In this document: positions 22,595 through 36,645 of the stretch, in pieces
How the letters are laid out: each line of letters opens with the position of its first letter
How positions within the stretch are numbered: position 1 is the first letter of the stretch
Source: Takakia lepidozioides
Lineage: Eukaryota; Plantae; Bryophyta
Length of the DNA: 64,000 nt
Assembly (NCBI GenBank): GCA_030704615.1
Contig: CM060731.1
Span: forward strand, 63,798,001 to 63,862,000
Reading direction: 5' to 3'
Made by a program: the position numbers and the translations under genes
Notes under the pieces: model-generated
What the model was told of the DNA's origin: nothing
The model's database searches: none
The model's input: the letters and a program-made list of their open reading frames with translations, nothing else

Positions 22595-23922
22595 TTGTGA
22601 GATCAGGGTATGCTGCTTCCTCTCGGAAAATCCCAGACCTGAATCGCCCCCCAACCTTTTCCATTACAGTGGCTCCTTTTGTTGGTTTCTTGTGGCTCCC
22701 CTGAAGTTATTGTAGTTCGACCCAGGGGAGTGGTTTTGGAGGAATAAAAGCAATGATCAGTTTTTCAAATACTCGGTTAAATTGGACTATTCCTTGTTGT
22801 TGCCAAAGGAAAGATTTGATGATAAGTGGAACAACAAGTGGGCTCATCTCCCTGGTCCTCTTATTACTTGGAAGGCGGTGTGGCTTGACATTTGAAAGAA
22901 ACAGAGGGCTTCCAAAGTGACTGCCTTTTTGTGGAAGGTTGCTAATAGAATCCTTCCAGTGGCCTCTATGTTCTCTGATTCACCTGATGCTTGTGCTTCC
23001 TGCAATCTGCAGTCTTCTGAATCTTTGAAGCACTGCTTAGTGGATTGCCTTTTCGCTCAATCTGTTTGGAGGAAAGCCTTCACCTTGAATTCTTTCTGGA
23101 ATCCCAATCTCAATTACTCCACTTCTGCTCTGTTACTGAATTGTAAAGATGGAAGTTCTTTATGCTCATGCCCTGTGTGGGAATCTTTAAGATGGGTCAT
23201 TCTTTGGAATATCTGGAAGATGCGATGTGTTGTGATCTTTCAAACTGTGAAATCATGTTTGCAAAAAGTGCTGTATTGGGCTCATTCAGACCTTGTGTTT
23301 GAAGCTCGTAAGGCGTGGCTTGTTATTGTGACAGCTCTTTTTGATTGTGGTGAATCAAGAAGGGACCAGCTACTTACCTCATTTGACAATATATGGGGGA
23401 AAAGCAACATCTTTGGCAGAACAGTATCAGACTCTAGGGTTGTGTGGACAGACACTCTCCCTTCTTGCTGGCAGCACTATTAACTCGAAGCCTTCTCCTC
23501 TGGAGGCTGAAGATTCAGAGATCAACTGGAGGCACAAGCGACATACTTCTAGAAAAAGCAGATCAAAGACTCAACTCTCCTTCGATGTTCCCAAGCGTAA
23601 AATGGGTAGTTCGTAGTTTGCTGCTTTTTTGTTAGTTGCTTGAGCCTTATTAGTTCTCCAACCCTTACCCTTGGCCCTCTAGTTGGCTGCAGATCATTGC
23701 TGCAGCTGTTCTTGCTTCTCTGTAGGTTAGCCTTCTTTTTTCAGCAGCACTTTGGCTCTGAAGTACTTATTCTTAGTCTCTCTTGTTACACCTTGGTTTT
23801 TTTTGGCTCTGAGTGGAACCTCGTTACTCCGCCTTATGGCTCTTTGTAAGGTTATTTTTTGCTTACCTTTCAATAAATTTTTCAGGGCTACAATCCCCCA
23901 CTTATCAAAAAATTGAAAAAAA
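22595..23922 (+). mobile_element. L1-like LINE 3' portion (zf-RVT CCHC domain, 3' UTR, A-rich tail)
   Basis: FLWKVANRILP...CASC...ESLKHCLVDC in ORF 22917-23483; AATAAA then CTTATCAAAAAA near 23900-23912. Confidence 0.8.
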
Positions 23923-24230
23923 TTGAATAACGACCAAATTATACATATACTTCCTCGGACTCGCAACGACTGCCCGGCCCGCCGGGAAAGCATTCCCAGG
24001 CAGCCTGAAAATGACTGGCTTGTGTGAACCCTAGGGTAAATCTCGGAAGGTTTAAGGGACGGTAGGGCTTTACGGGAGAAAGGATTGGGTTCAAGTATGA
24101 AGTTGAAAAGAACGATGTGGGGTTCTTCAAAGCTCAGGTTTGAGATGATGCAGTGCCTCGAAAGATTGTAGAAAGAATGGGATTCTTGAGAGATATTGAC
24201 AAAAGATGGGTTTGAGATTTTTGAGGAAGA

Positions 24231-27200
24231 ATGGTTGTAGCATTAGCTTCTTATATTCAGCACATGTTCAGAGTAAAGGCAGGTTGCATGCTGTTTTGCT
24301 CCAGAGAAAGTGCTCCAGAGAAGCACTTTCTCTGGAGCAGTCCGCAAGTGCATCTTGTTGTCTCAAGAGTGCGACACTGTGCTTCGCAGGAAGCACTTTC
24401 GTCTGCTCCAATAACCAGTGATAATCTTTCTCATAGCACTTTATTATCGGTGCCCTTAGGGGAGGGTGGAGTGGCACGGTCCTCTAGTCACCGTGCAGCG
24501 TCTTCATCACGAGGGAATCCAGGTACATCTCAAACCAGCTCAGACTCGTTGAGTCGACTTCATCAGCAACTAGAGGATCAGGCAGAAGGCAGGGATACAG
24601 GCAATCTGACAAAACCCTTAGATGGGGAGGAAGCCACCAAGCTGAGGGAGCGCCTCAGGGAGCAGAGATATAAGGGCATGCAAGCTATTCGCCACCGGAT
24701 GAAGGGAAGAGGCCAGGCTGACGAGGATGGAGGGGAGAGTTTCTCATATGCTGTGGACCCAGACAGTCTGATTCCAGGGGAGTTTGTGGTCCACAAACGC
24801 GTGGGCGTTGGCCGATTCATTGGGACCAAATACGAGGTACATTGCAATCAATGTATGAAGCAAGGTAGTTTGTTTGTTTGTTTCGTAGCGTTGAAATCTC
24901 TCAAACCGCTGGCCCCAGCCCTGTTGCTTGGTACCGTTGGAAATCCCTCGACGAGGAGGGTGCACCGACTTGGTTTCACAAAATTTGGAGCTACGGGCCG
25001 AGAATTATAGAAATATGAACAATTTTGGTCGCTGAAAATTCAACTAAATTACAAAATTAAGTGTTGGAATGACACTGGAGGTCGCACTTGGGTCTCTACA
25101 GGGGAGACGCACTTGGATACATAGGAAATTGCACTTGGTCTTCGATTCCAATTCATCACACATGGGCCAACGGCACAGGCTACCCTAGTCTGGATTAAAA
25201 GTGAGAGGTTTCAATTGCTTGTGGATACAGTGAAGGTCCCTCAAACAGTTTTTTTCCAGGTCGAGGATGGTTGTAATTTATTAATGGCACGGTACTAAAA
25301 GAAAAGCTCGTTGTGATGCCAGATTCCTGAGGGTAAGGAAAAACCAGCCAAATACATTTTTCTGAAGTATGCAGATGGTGTGGCAAAGTTGCGGGCCAAG
25401 CAGGCACACCGTCTCCTCTACAGATACCATTCGTAAGTGCACTCACTTTAAAGAATAAAAAGGGAGAGGAGGAAAGGCAAACCCCCTCTCTCCCCATGTG
25501 TATAGCATGAGGAAAACTCTACTTTTTGTCATGGAAGAAAAAACGTGCTGAGAAATAGGCCAACAAAGTCCTTGGAGTTGAAGGTGGAAATCCTTGATTT
25601 AGAGATGACCAACCAGTAATAGCTCGGATTCTTTGATGCAGGCCTGGTGAAACAGCAAGGGCACCTGCATTGAGCAAGTTGAACGATACAACAATATGGG
25701 AGAAGAGGAAGAATAATGGCAAGGTAGCTATTCAAAAGCTGGTGGTCAACATGATGGAGCTCTACATTCATCGTCTGAGACAAACCCGCCCTCCTTATCC
25801 ACGTACTAGTGCAGCTATGGCTGCCTTTGCTGCCAAGTTCCCCTACATGGCCACCCCCGACCAACAGCAGGTGCACATTCTACTCAGGTAGCCACCCCAT
25901 TGTATGGTGTCCAGGCCCTGGACTTCAAACCTGGGTGTCATGCATCCTCTCATATACATTTAGCTTTTAACCTCACTCCCACAATGAAGATTTGTATGAT
26001 GGCTGTAGTATCTTAACACCCACTGTTGGGAGCTGATGGACTTGGTAGGCAGTTTTGGCAGCTGGTCACGGCTTTTATGATGAAGTCAATGGTGTGAGAC
26101 TTTGTGATTGACAAGTCAATATTAAGGCTGCAATTTCTACGTAGTGCTAGTTTAGGTTTTATCTTGGATTTGTTTGGCTTACATTTCAATGCCTGTATGG
26201 AGTTGTTACTCTGTACTAGATGATTTCCTGGATTGTGCTTGCGCATTGGCCATTTGTGAAAAAGTGGAGTTGGTGCATGGTTGCACTGTTGCTGAGCCGA
26301 GCATTCGTCAGGGTGTTTCCCAGAATTGTCCTAGACAGTAAGTGCCATGATAGTCCCTTCCCTGCTAGGCATTTATAGAGATGAGAAATATGATTCAGAC
26401 TAACAGATTCACTAACGGTGTGGCAGGCATTCCTAGATGTGGAGAAGGACATGACAGAGAGGGAAACACCCATGGACCGACTCATTTGTGGGGATGTTGG
26501 ATTTGGGAAGACAGAGGTTGCGCTGCGTGCTATCTTTACTGCAACTTCTGCAAGCAAGCAAGTTATGGTGCTCGCCCCCACTACTGTTCTAGCCAAACAA
26601 CACTTTGATGTGGTTTGTGAGAGATTTGCTGCTTATCCGCATATCAAAGTGGCTCTCCTCAGTCGTTTTCAGGTACGGTGTATTGTCCCCTGCATCGCAT
26701 TGTCTTATGCCCAATGAATGGGTAAGTCCTAGTGGCTTGAGAGCGCAGGTTTGCTACCTTGTAATTGTGATTCCAAGAAGTGTTGAAGTTTCTAATATAG
26801 TGGATTGGCAGCTCCATTCTGTTGGGTTCCAGAGGGAGTGCATAGTGGATTGTTACAGTCCAAGCTACCAGCACAGCTATCCTCTAGCTGCTATGCCGGT
26901 TCCCCACTTCGTGCTGACATTTCCTTGATTTGCCGCATGTTATTTCGTCTTGCCAAAGCAGAACCTCTGACATCAGCATACCTGGACAGAGCCACCACCT
27001 CTCGTGATCTCAGGCACTAGTCTTCTCGCATGGACGTGTTCCGATTGCATCAGAGGAGTGTTAGGTAGCACCTTGCAAAGTCTTCTTTAGGTGTTGGTCG
27101 CTTTTTGTCTGTGAAGTTCAGGTGGATGACCTTTTCTTCTGTGATTGTGGGTGGAGCAGAAAGAGTCAGAGAAGAGGGAGGTGGTAGCAGGAATTCATGA

Positions 27201-30200
27201 GGGCAGCCTGAGCATTGTGGTGGGCACACATGCGCTATTGGGCAGTCAGATTCGTTATCATAACCTGGGGCTTTTGGTCGTTGACGAGGAGCAGGTATAT
27301 CCCCCCATTTGCTATTAATTCAAAGCATGAGATGGGTGGATGAATGAGTAGTACAGAGGGTGACTGACACCTTTTGTCTGTTCGTGTTTGTTAACATTCT
27401 GCCAGAGGGGATAGGCGGTACCATTACAGCAGCATACTTTCACACTGATTGTTCTGGCATAAATCTGAATCTCTCTCCTTGCAGATACTAATGGCAAAGA
27501 CCACTTTGCATTAGCCTAGAAAATCCGGTCATAGTCTCTGGCACCAACGATGACTGGGTTGCATGTTGGGTTGGACAGAGATTTGGGGTCAGGCAGAAGG
27601 AGCGGATAACGTCCCTTAAGACAACTGTGGATGTGCTAACGTTATCTGCCACGCCAATCCCTCGGACTCTTTACTTGGCACTTAGCGGCTTTCGAGATGC
27701 AAGGTAACAGCATTATTCCTCTTGTTTCTCAGACTGGTGGTAGTTTAGCACAAGGCTTAGTGGTATTAAAATGTGCTGCTGGCATAATGGGATGCTTTGC
27801 TTGTATCCTGGTGTATTCGTGGCTCCTTAATGCCAATCATGGAGTAAGTTGATTAATCACCATATCTGTAACCATGTAATGGCCAACTACGATTGATTAA
27901 ATAACTTAAAAGACAAGACACCCTTCAAAATTTCACATTTAGATTGAAAGAGAATGAGCATCTCACAGTCATCTTTAAAGAAGGGAGGACTTCCAGCAGT
28001 GGCTGTCACTGGGGGCAAGGCACTTGATTTTAGCCAAGTGATGGTTTCTGCTTGTCCAGTTTATTGATCCACACCATTCACCTATCATTAATCTCATTTT
28101 GGTTTTATATATGGGGAACATTAGCCCAACAATGTGCAGCTGTAGTTTTGTTTGCGCAGAGGCTTTACCCAAGGAAGATGCACTACATATTTGTCCACCA
28201 TCCTTGAAGATGTCTTCAGCTCGTTGCATGTCTTTGTTCATGTTTTGATTCTTGTTCTTTTCTGTTTTCTGTTTTCTGTTGGACTTGGGGCCAAATATAT
28301 ACATTTGCAAACAATAACTTGTCTCTTTGATTTTGTGGCCTGACTTATTTTTCTTCTCTTTCAGTCTGATAACAACACCGCCTCCAGAAAGACGCCCCAT
28401 CACCACACATTTGCTGGAGTTCCACGAAGAAAAAGTGAAGTCCGCAATAGACTTTGAGCTCAAGCGTGGTGGGCAAGTATTCTATGTGGTTCCACGTGTG
28501 AAAGGTTCTATCTCCGTTCTACTTTTTCCATTGGTCCTTGGGAACACCCGTGGACACTCTAAAGTTTTTCCTCCATTGTCTGACCTTCTTTGACTGACAC
28601 GTCCTATCTGTTACGTCCCTACTACAGCAAAGTCTAAATTTCTTCCAAACATGACAGCAACAAGCTCATTAGGCAGGAGCTGATGTAACTCCACGTCAAG
28701 GGGATCTGGAGATTGCAACACCCCTTTTCAGCCAAGCTGCAGTGCTATCATGATACCTTTCTGGTCCTCCGTGATGCCAGAATCATACAACCCCCATTAT
28801 TTGTTTGCACTGGTTTCTACATCTCTATTACAGGTATTTGGATGGTTCAGGGTGGGATTCCACAGTCTTGAGGATGGAGACAGGCAGATGGGAGAAAGTG
28901 TAACGTTTTGAATGCTTATGCTCTGCCTGTGATACTGAAGATGGGCAGGAGATTGAGATTAAGACTGAGGAACAGTTCTTCTTTTGCTGTCTACTCTACT
29001 ATGAAATTAGGGGCTGCTACTACTGCCTCTTCAGAGACAGTCAATCCCTGACTGATATCTTCCATTTTGAGGACCAGATTTACCTGGCGGCATATCTTCA
29101 TGAGGCTCTCAAACTTAGAGAATCTCTAGTTTTGAAATAATAGACTTGGGGCTTCTTTAGGATCCCATTTTTTCCTTGTTCCTTGCTTTCTTTTGTCCCA
29201 TACGCTCTTTGAGTGGACTGTGGATGTTATGACTGTTTCTTTCTCCCTCTTTCTCCCTCTTTCTTCTGTCAGGAGTGTGCGCAAGACATTGGATCTCCAA
29301 GCAACATTTGTGGTTTTTGACTAGTACTTTTTCTTTCTAGTGTTGTGGGTCCCCAATTTCTTTGGATGACACGGTTTGCACATTGTGTCCCTACTGCCAT
29401 AAAATCCAAAAGGCTGGAAATTTCTTCCACACATGACTGCAACAAGCGCTAATGGAACTTTAATTTCAGCAGAGCTTGAAACCACAGAATCTTACAAGAA
29501 AGCTGCAGTTCTACCACTCTGGTAGAGGGGACAACCAGGAGCGTGCTGACCACTTGTGCCTTGCTTGTGCTAGAGTGACAGATGGAGATTGAGACTGAAG
29601 AACTTTTTTTTTCTTATACTGCCTCCCTCTACCTTGACATCCGGGGTGAATAGTATTTTCTACTCCGGACAGCCAATGTCCACGAGGCTCTCCACGTTAG
29701 ACACCCTTGAAGTTGGCAGGCTCATAAGTGTCACAGTCGCTCTTCTCTGAGATGGTTTTGTTCTGTGTGGGCTAAATGCGGGTGTCTTGTGGCTTCTGCC
29801 TCTTCCTCTTCCCCTGTTTTTGTTGAGGTTGCTTTTGGTCTGAAGGTTGTTTGCTTGCCAAGGTTGTGCGCAAAGTTTTGGTTTGTGAAGTTTGTTCTTC
29901 TGTGTTTCCCCCTTTGTCACAAAAGGGGAAAAGAGGGAGAGCAAACAGTGGAGGACTGATGTGCTATGAACTTCTTTGGAAATGTGATGTTCAGGAATTG
30001 AAGATACACAAACGGTTTTGGAGTCATATTTTCCAGATGTGCGCATTGCTGTAGCCCATGGCCAGGTTTCTTTTTCTCCCATAGCTGTCGTGCAAAGTAG
30101 ATGGGGTCCTTGACCTTGCTTGAGCTTGTCTTCAATCAAGAGGCAAGCTTTGAATTTTAATTCTAGTCTATGTCCCTCCGAGGAAGTCCTTTGAAAGGGC

Positions 30201-33200
30201 AACCAGTGAGAGCAGGGTCAAATCAACGAGACCACTTCATGAAAACGGTGTATAGTCTAGCCAATTTTGGTGAAAATCATGATTATCATACCTATTGATA
30301 TGCCGCAAGTAATTCTCTTGGGAGATTATGGGGACAGCAAAGTGCATATGCATTGGAGGAGTCCATGGAACGGTTTGCAGAAGGCGAGACTCTTATTCTT
30401 CTCTGCACCAGCATTGTGGAGAGTGGGCTTGACATTTGCCGTGTAAACACTATCATCATTGAGGATGTCCAGCTCTTTGGTCTTGCCCAGCTCTACCAGG
30501 TTTACTCAGTTCCCTTGTCCCCTAGAGCATGAGAGAAGACCCAGCTCCAATATCTACCTCTAATGTGTATCTGAGGACATGTTTTTGCTTTGCTCTAATC
30601 TGTCTTTATTTATTCTGTAATGGTTGACGTAGTTTCACAAATCTGTTCCTTCTGGATTGTTTTTATCAGTATCCGGATACAGCCATCGAGTGCCATGTAT
30701 AGCAAAGTCGATGGGGTGTCTTGTGTAATGGAAAGCCTGTGCTTGTGGGTGTGCAGTTGCGGGGAAGAGTAGGAAGGGCTGACCGAGAGGCACACGCTTA
30801 CATGTTTCACCCTCGGAAGGAGCTTCTCTCAGATGATGCCGTGGTGAGTTGATATACGATAGATCTGAAGTGTTGCATTGAGCTCAATGACAGTGAAATT
30901 CAGATCACACAGATGTATCGATGAAGGCAGATTTATTGCTGGCATTTTCTTGTTCCTATGCCCAAAAAAGTCCTCCCATGGAATTTTCAATTTTCAAACT
31001 CACATCTCAAGGAGTGTTTTGTCTTTCTTGTAGAGTTGAGGTGTTCATAGAGCCACCAAACTTCACAAACCTCCTGGGAGCGTTGTGGTCTCTGATATGT
31101 ACTATCCTCAAGGTGTGCTTACAAAGTCAGATTGATGGTACCATTTGGCCTGTGATGATGGTGTACTGCCTGCTTGCATTAGAAGGTGGCAGTTGTGGGA
31201 AGCCAGGCTTCATCCTGAGACCTTTCTGGTCTTTTGTGGTTGCAGAAGGTTGGCAGGGAAGAGATTTCCTTTACTAACACAAGTCATACTTGCCTGCATA
31301 GTTTGTTACCATTGCATGTATGCATTCAGTTTGGAATGCGTCAGTAAATGCTTAGTGCCCCACTTGACGTGACTATGTTACTATCAACTGGCAGGAGCGA
31401 TTGGTGGCGTTGGAAGACTGTTGTGGATTAGGACAAGGCTTCCAACTGGCAGAGCGTGATATGGCAATTCGGGGGATTGGAAGTGTCTTTGGGGAAAAGC
31501 AAAGTGGGGATGTTGCCAAAATTGGGGTTGATCTCTACCTTGAAATGTTGTTTGAGGGCCTATCCAAGGTAGTGCATTCTCAACCCTTGTCAGACTGATG
31601 ACCAAATCTTCAATTCAGTTTTCATTGGACACTGCATGTGTTTCAAGCTCTTAAGGTAGACCTTAATCTCTGATCATGTTATCATATTGTGTAGTACATT
31701 TGCAGTATAGTGCATGCTACTCATAATGTAGTTGTCAGGTATTTAAGGGGACAGTGGGGAAGGATAGAGTTAAAGTCCTTGTGCTCATTGTCTTTATGGT
31801 GTTACATCAATGGGGTTGTAGGTGGATCATCAAAACCTACCTCGACTTGAGTATGATGATGTTCAGGTGAGGCCAAGCCTTAAGTGTTGGAGTTTTTGTC
31901 TCTGAAATTCTCCAGGGTAAACGTAGGAGATATGGTAATGAAGCAACTGGCTAGAGTATTCCTGCTCTGGGGCTGGACAGTTGGCTATACTGATGGGGTG
32001 GCCAGCTAAAAACATCCCAAGTGCAACTACACTAGGCAGAGTGGTCAGGATTACTGCACTTCAATAAATAGCAAGCCACAGAAATGACTGACAGCAGGAG
32101 CTAAACAGTTGTGACCAGTCCAGTGTACTCTCTTTTTTATTTCTGGAGGGAAGGCAGAAGCATCCCACAGTGTGAACCTCAACAGAACCTTGGCAAGTCT
32201 AAAGAAGCCCACCCTGGCAGGGCCAAGCGCAAACAGACCAGGAGTGGTTTATTCCACCGTTCCAGTAAAATCCAAGTCAAAATCTCTGGACAAATGTAAT
32301 ATCATGCCTTCCTACCTCTCTGGGAAGCTCTATACCTCATGAGGGTCGTGGGCACCTAGAAATGGTTCACACACCCTGTGGATTGAGATGGGGTGTTGGA
32401 GTAAGCCATCCCCTGAGGCTTAAATCTGTTCTCTCTGTATACTCAGGAAGTAGACACAGTACCATTTCCTTTTCTCTGTCGTGCACTCTATGAGATCCAA
32501 GGCAGATAGTATTCTCTTTAAATTATTCCAGTGTTTGACCGCCTGCCAGAATATCACATGAGGTGATTTGTCTTTAGGCATCTTTTTTTGATGTCGTTGG
32601 TGTGGTTTTGTCCTGTGGGCCCCGGTTCCCTGTGGGACATCTCAAACTTTTTTCTCCCTTCCTTTTCTGTGTGTGTGTATCTCGTAAGGGCTGTAAGGTT
32701 TCTGTGGAAGTGATAAATTCTTATTTCTCCTTCTGGGCCTCTGGTGGACAGAATAAACTTGTGTTTCTCAGTTACTCTCTACCTGCTTGCCTGTCTTGCG
32801 CTGGCGGTGGAAGATTATCTAACAGCATGATTAGGTTCAGCCTAGGGCCTGCCAGGTCTACATTCAAAGGAGAGGTGGAGTATATTGTTCTGACCTGTAT
32901 GAAATTTGTGGACGTCATGAAGTTTGTTTGTTTCTTTTCTTTCTCTAATTTTGTCTAACAAGAAGATATTCACCTAGGGCCTCCGAAGTCAACATTCACA
33001 GGAGAGATGGAGTGATCTTTCTGCCTCTACAGTGTTTGTGGACTGACTTTCTTTTCTTTCTCTGACTTAACCTAACGATAGGGCTTAACCTTGAGATTGT
33101 TTACTCGTGGACTGTGGAACAGCTCGAGTTGGAGGTTGATACGCACATTCCAGGTGAATATATCTCAAGTGCTGCCCAGCGTGAGAAAGTGATGAAACAT

Positions 33201-33938
33201 GCCGAGCGGGCTGCCAGGGACAGCATGCGAGCCCTTATGCTCTTCACTAATCGCCTACGCAGTGACTATGGTCAGGAACCCCACACTATTGAGGTACCTT
33301 CATACCCTGTTCTGATGTGGTCGAGTGCCAAGGTTCGAACCACGGATGAATCAGAGCCATTGAGAAGGCCTCCAAAGTGAATGGCTGGCAAATGGCTTGC
33401 TACTTCTATCTCCTGCCTGGTAGACTAATGTATGACTGTGTTTGCTGATATTCTCACTCTCACACTCAGGTATTCATCCATGGTTGTCAGATGTTATTGA
33501 AGACCATGTATGTGAAACGGATAGCAGCAGACCTTGGTATTCATCGTATTCGGACAAGGGGCAAGACAGTTGTAATGGAAACCAGCATGGAGCTTGAAGC
33601 TTTTGACATGCTGACCTGTGCTATAACTTCGGACTCCCTTCGTGCCTCCCTGACCTATGAAAGTGATCGCATTGAGGTACATCTCTTTCTTTTATGTCTC
33701 CATGTTCCCCCCCATTTTCAAGAGAGCAAGTGGCTGTCTTTCTCTCATTTGTCTGCCACCCAACGTATGTAGAAAATGATCCGGAGGTAGAGGATATTGG
33801 CTTAAAAATGGGTTGGGCTGGAGTGTGGTGCAGATGAAGGGGCTGATAGGGCTCCCTGTAGAAAGGCAAATGGAACGAATATTTGACTGCTTGGCGGAGA
33901 TGCGCAATGGCCTCCCCTCCTTTGTGAAGTACATCTGA
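24231..33938 (+). CDS. mfd: Mfd/TRCF-like ATP-dependent DNA helicase, probably plastid-targeted; 15 exons: 24231-24836, 25323-25432, 25642-25870, 26427-26672, 27160-27294, 27579-27703, 28365-28504, 29995-30065, 30338-30499, 30757-30843, 31395-31568, 31822-31866, 33123-33293, 33491-33676, 33834-33938
   Basis: CarD/RID-like [12 protein letters not shown]; Walker [10 protein letters not shown]; VVDEEQRFG; SATPIPRT; [10 protein letters not shown]; [11 protein letters not shown]; GT-AG introns that keep frame; Ser-rich N-terminus; start codon not certain. Confidence 0.92.
24848..25188 (+). mobile_element. Short non-autonomous Helitron-like element in mfd intron 1
   Basis: A|TC...GGGCCAACGGCAC...CTAG|T termini; same family as 36646-39525. 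Confidence 0.7.
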
Positions 33939-34186
33939 TGCACATTAGCTTTCCTTAAGGGTTGCGATGAGGCAATTCTTCCTCTCACATGTATAGTCTC
34001 TAATCATCCTCAAAATTTGGTGGAGAGCTTTACAATTCAAATCTAATGATTCCAAATGAAGTCATTTCTTCAGTGTATTGCGTTTGCTGCCTTTCCTTCC
34101 TTTCCTTCCTTTCTTTCCTTCCTATTTCTCCTTTGGGTTATGTCAGCACTTTGTTTTTTTCACAGTAGTTAGATTACTCAGTCATT

Positions 34187-34259
34187 TGGGATCGATCGGA
34201 TTTGAACCGACAGCTTCATGCTAGCAAAACATGCGCTCTACCGATTGAACTACGTCACA
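34187..34259 (-). tRNA. tRNA-Ala(UGC) pseudogene, organellar (mitochondrial)-like
   Basis: D arm TAGTTCAATCGGTAGAGC, anticodon stem CATGT/GCATG with loop TTTGCTA, T arm GTCGGTTCAAATCCGAT; acceptor stem mispaired. Confidence 0.7.
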
Positions 34260-36645
34260 TGCACAGTTGCCTGTTTTTCAGTCATGGTTTGCCAGGGGCC
34301 CCAGCAATTCTTAGAAAGTCAATGGCTGTGTCATGGAGAGGATTGTTTTAATAGTGATGGACTTTCCTGTTTGACAAGGAGGTGGATTGTGTCTGTTTTA
34401 TGTCTGTTGTAAATCGCCTGCAGCTATCACAGGATGCCACTATGCCAGTATGATAAAAAAGAAACCATTCATTTTGATGTAGTGGAGGACCAAGTGTATT
34501 CAACCATAGAATCGATGCTATCAGATGGTTAGTATGTAAGATGGATTGGCTCAAGCGCTGTCTAGTGCCTCTGGGTTGGAGGGCCTGAAGGCTTTCACAA
34601 GCAGAGTCTTTTTCCTTATCTACCATTGAGTTTTCTACTGCTGTGTGAGGGAAGGGGATGGTCTGCATACCCCAAAATGAAACAGCGCGATCTGACAAAA
34701 TTCAAAGGATGACACGGCACATGACAGAACAAGGGTACATTCAGACCTGTTGCCGCGGACATCTTGCCTTGCAGAAAAGCTTGAAGCTACAGAGAGGAAA
34801 CTTCTCAGATAGAGAGGCCTGGAGAAGTCATCACTGTTCCCTACATCAAACGCGGTGACCTCAGCTTGGTCAATGGCTTGCTCCTTTTATCTACGGACAC
34901 CCGCATGGTCAATCCATTTCTTCTCATGGGGTTGCAAGGATCGCAGTTGTCAATGGAAACAAACATTACCACAAGCTGCAACCCAGCTGAAGCAGCCTGA
35001 AAGTTCCAAGGCTGTAAGTATAAGACGGATTCTAAGTCCATGTCGAGTTTCGAAAGGTGGCTTTCACACATGAAGGTATATGCCCTTCCACATAAAGATC
35101 TCAAAGGAAATGTCCTTAAATATATACCCCCAGATGAAATTATCCAAATGCTTTTTGCTTGCTTTTTGGCATGCAATGAAAGGCCAGATTTTGAGATGGC
35201 CACCAAAATGCCCTTCAAAATGATGAAACAATCTCAAATTAGAGTGCCTGAAACTACCTACCCCTCTAGAGATAAGATGCACAGAATTCTTTTCTATCTT
35301 CCCAGCTCCGAAGGCACATTTAGTGAACGCCTTGAAGCTCTTGCTGCTTTCCCATCCCAAAGCAGTAGGTAGTTTACTTTAGCTTTGCCACTGCCCTTCT
35401 TTGTGATTGACACTCTATTCCTGAATCAGCAAATCTCCTTCTGGTTTGTTTTTTTTTCTTTAAGGAAAAGGGGATAGAGGCCCTTGTAAATCATATTAAA
35501 AAGGCACAAGGCCTAGAAACAAGGGTCTGCAGCATCTCAGGCTGAGAGCAACCGAATATCACAAGGGGAAGTCAAGTGGTCTGACAGTCGTAGGCATCAC
35601 TGTCTTCATAAAGTAAGGAGCTCGTTGTGGCAATAAGGTGGGTTCAACAAGTGTGATTGTGGAGTGACCAATGCACAGTTTCCTCTCTGATGCCTTGGGC
35701 GAACCTCTATGCGTATTACAGCTTTTGATGGTGCACCGTATATATCCTCTCGCAGCTAGAGCCTTCTCTTCCTCCGTTTGAGGCAAGTTGGCTGTGGAAT
35801 CAAGAGGTGGAATCTGTAGCTGCTGAGAGGTCATCACTAACAGTGAAGGCTAATCTGCTGAGATATCACTAGATTTTATCCTCAACTAAATTTCAATATT
35901 ACCAAGCTTTGGATTTTCTAAAACGTTAAGTGGGATAAGGGGAACTGCCTTTGAAACAGTGCAGATTATGAACTGGACACTAGTTTGATTCTCAAGACAT
36001 GCAGTCTATCGGCAAATCTATATTGTCCCTACCGCAAATGTACACTCCGCTCAATACACTTCAGTCCTCTTCAATTTTGATCAGCTCAGACAGCACTGTT
36101 CACGGTACAAATATTTACCATCGAAATGAGCAACTTTCGAGAAGATGCCTTATCCCCATCTAAGTAGACCCTAATCGGCTGCCAGTATCTCTCCCTCTTC
36201 CCCCTACAGTACTCCCCTCTCTCCCCAGTGCACTGATGCGGAGACTGATAGGATCTAACTCGGTTGTCTCAAGTACGCTAATAATCTAGTCGACGTTCGT
36301 GGATCTGGCAGCATGCGTTCTCGCTCCAACGGTTGTCAGGAAAAGGTGACGGCGCAAATATATCAGTCAGGCTTTCCAAGATTTCAACATGTGAGAACGT
36401 CCATCTTTCTATCGTCCATCCCCACACTTTACTACACTGAGCAGGTCATATTTTTATCATGCACTTGAGCAGGTAGCCCAGTGGTTGGGTGTTTGTGCCT
36501 TGCCTGTACATAACCTAGGTGATCCTGTGCCTTCAGACCCTCCATTGGGCCCTCGATGGCCTGTGTGTTGAGCAGTAGGCTCTATAAATTCACTGGATGT
36601 TAAAGAAACTTTATCTTTATCTTTACACTTCTAACTCTATATATA

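Noticed and set aside
24837-25010. C-terminal part of ORF 24231-25010 as coding sequence
   Set aside because: Read-through past the GT donor at 24837 into an intronic Helitron-like repeat
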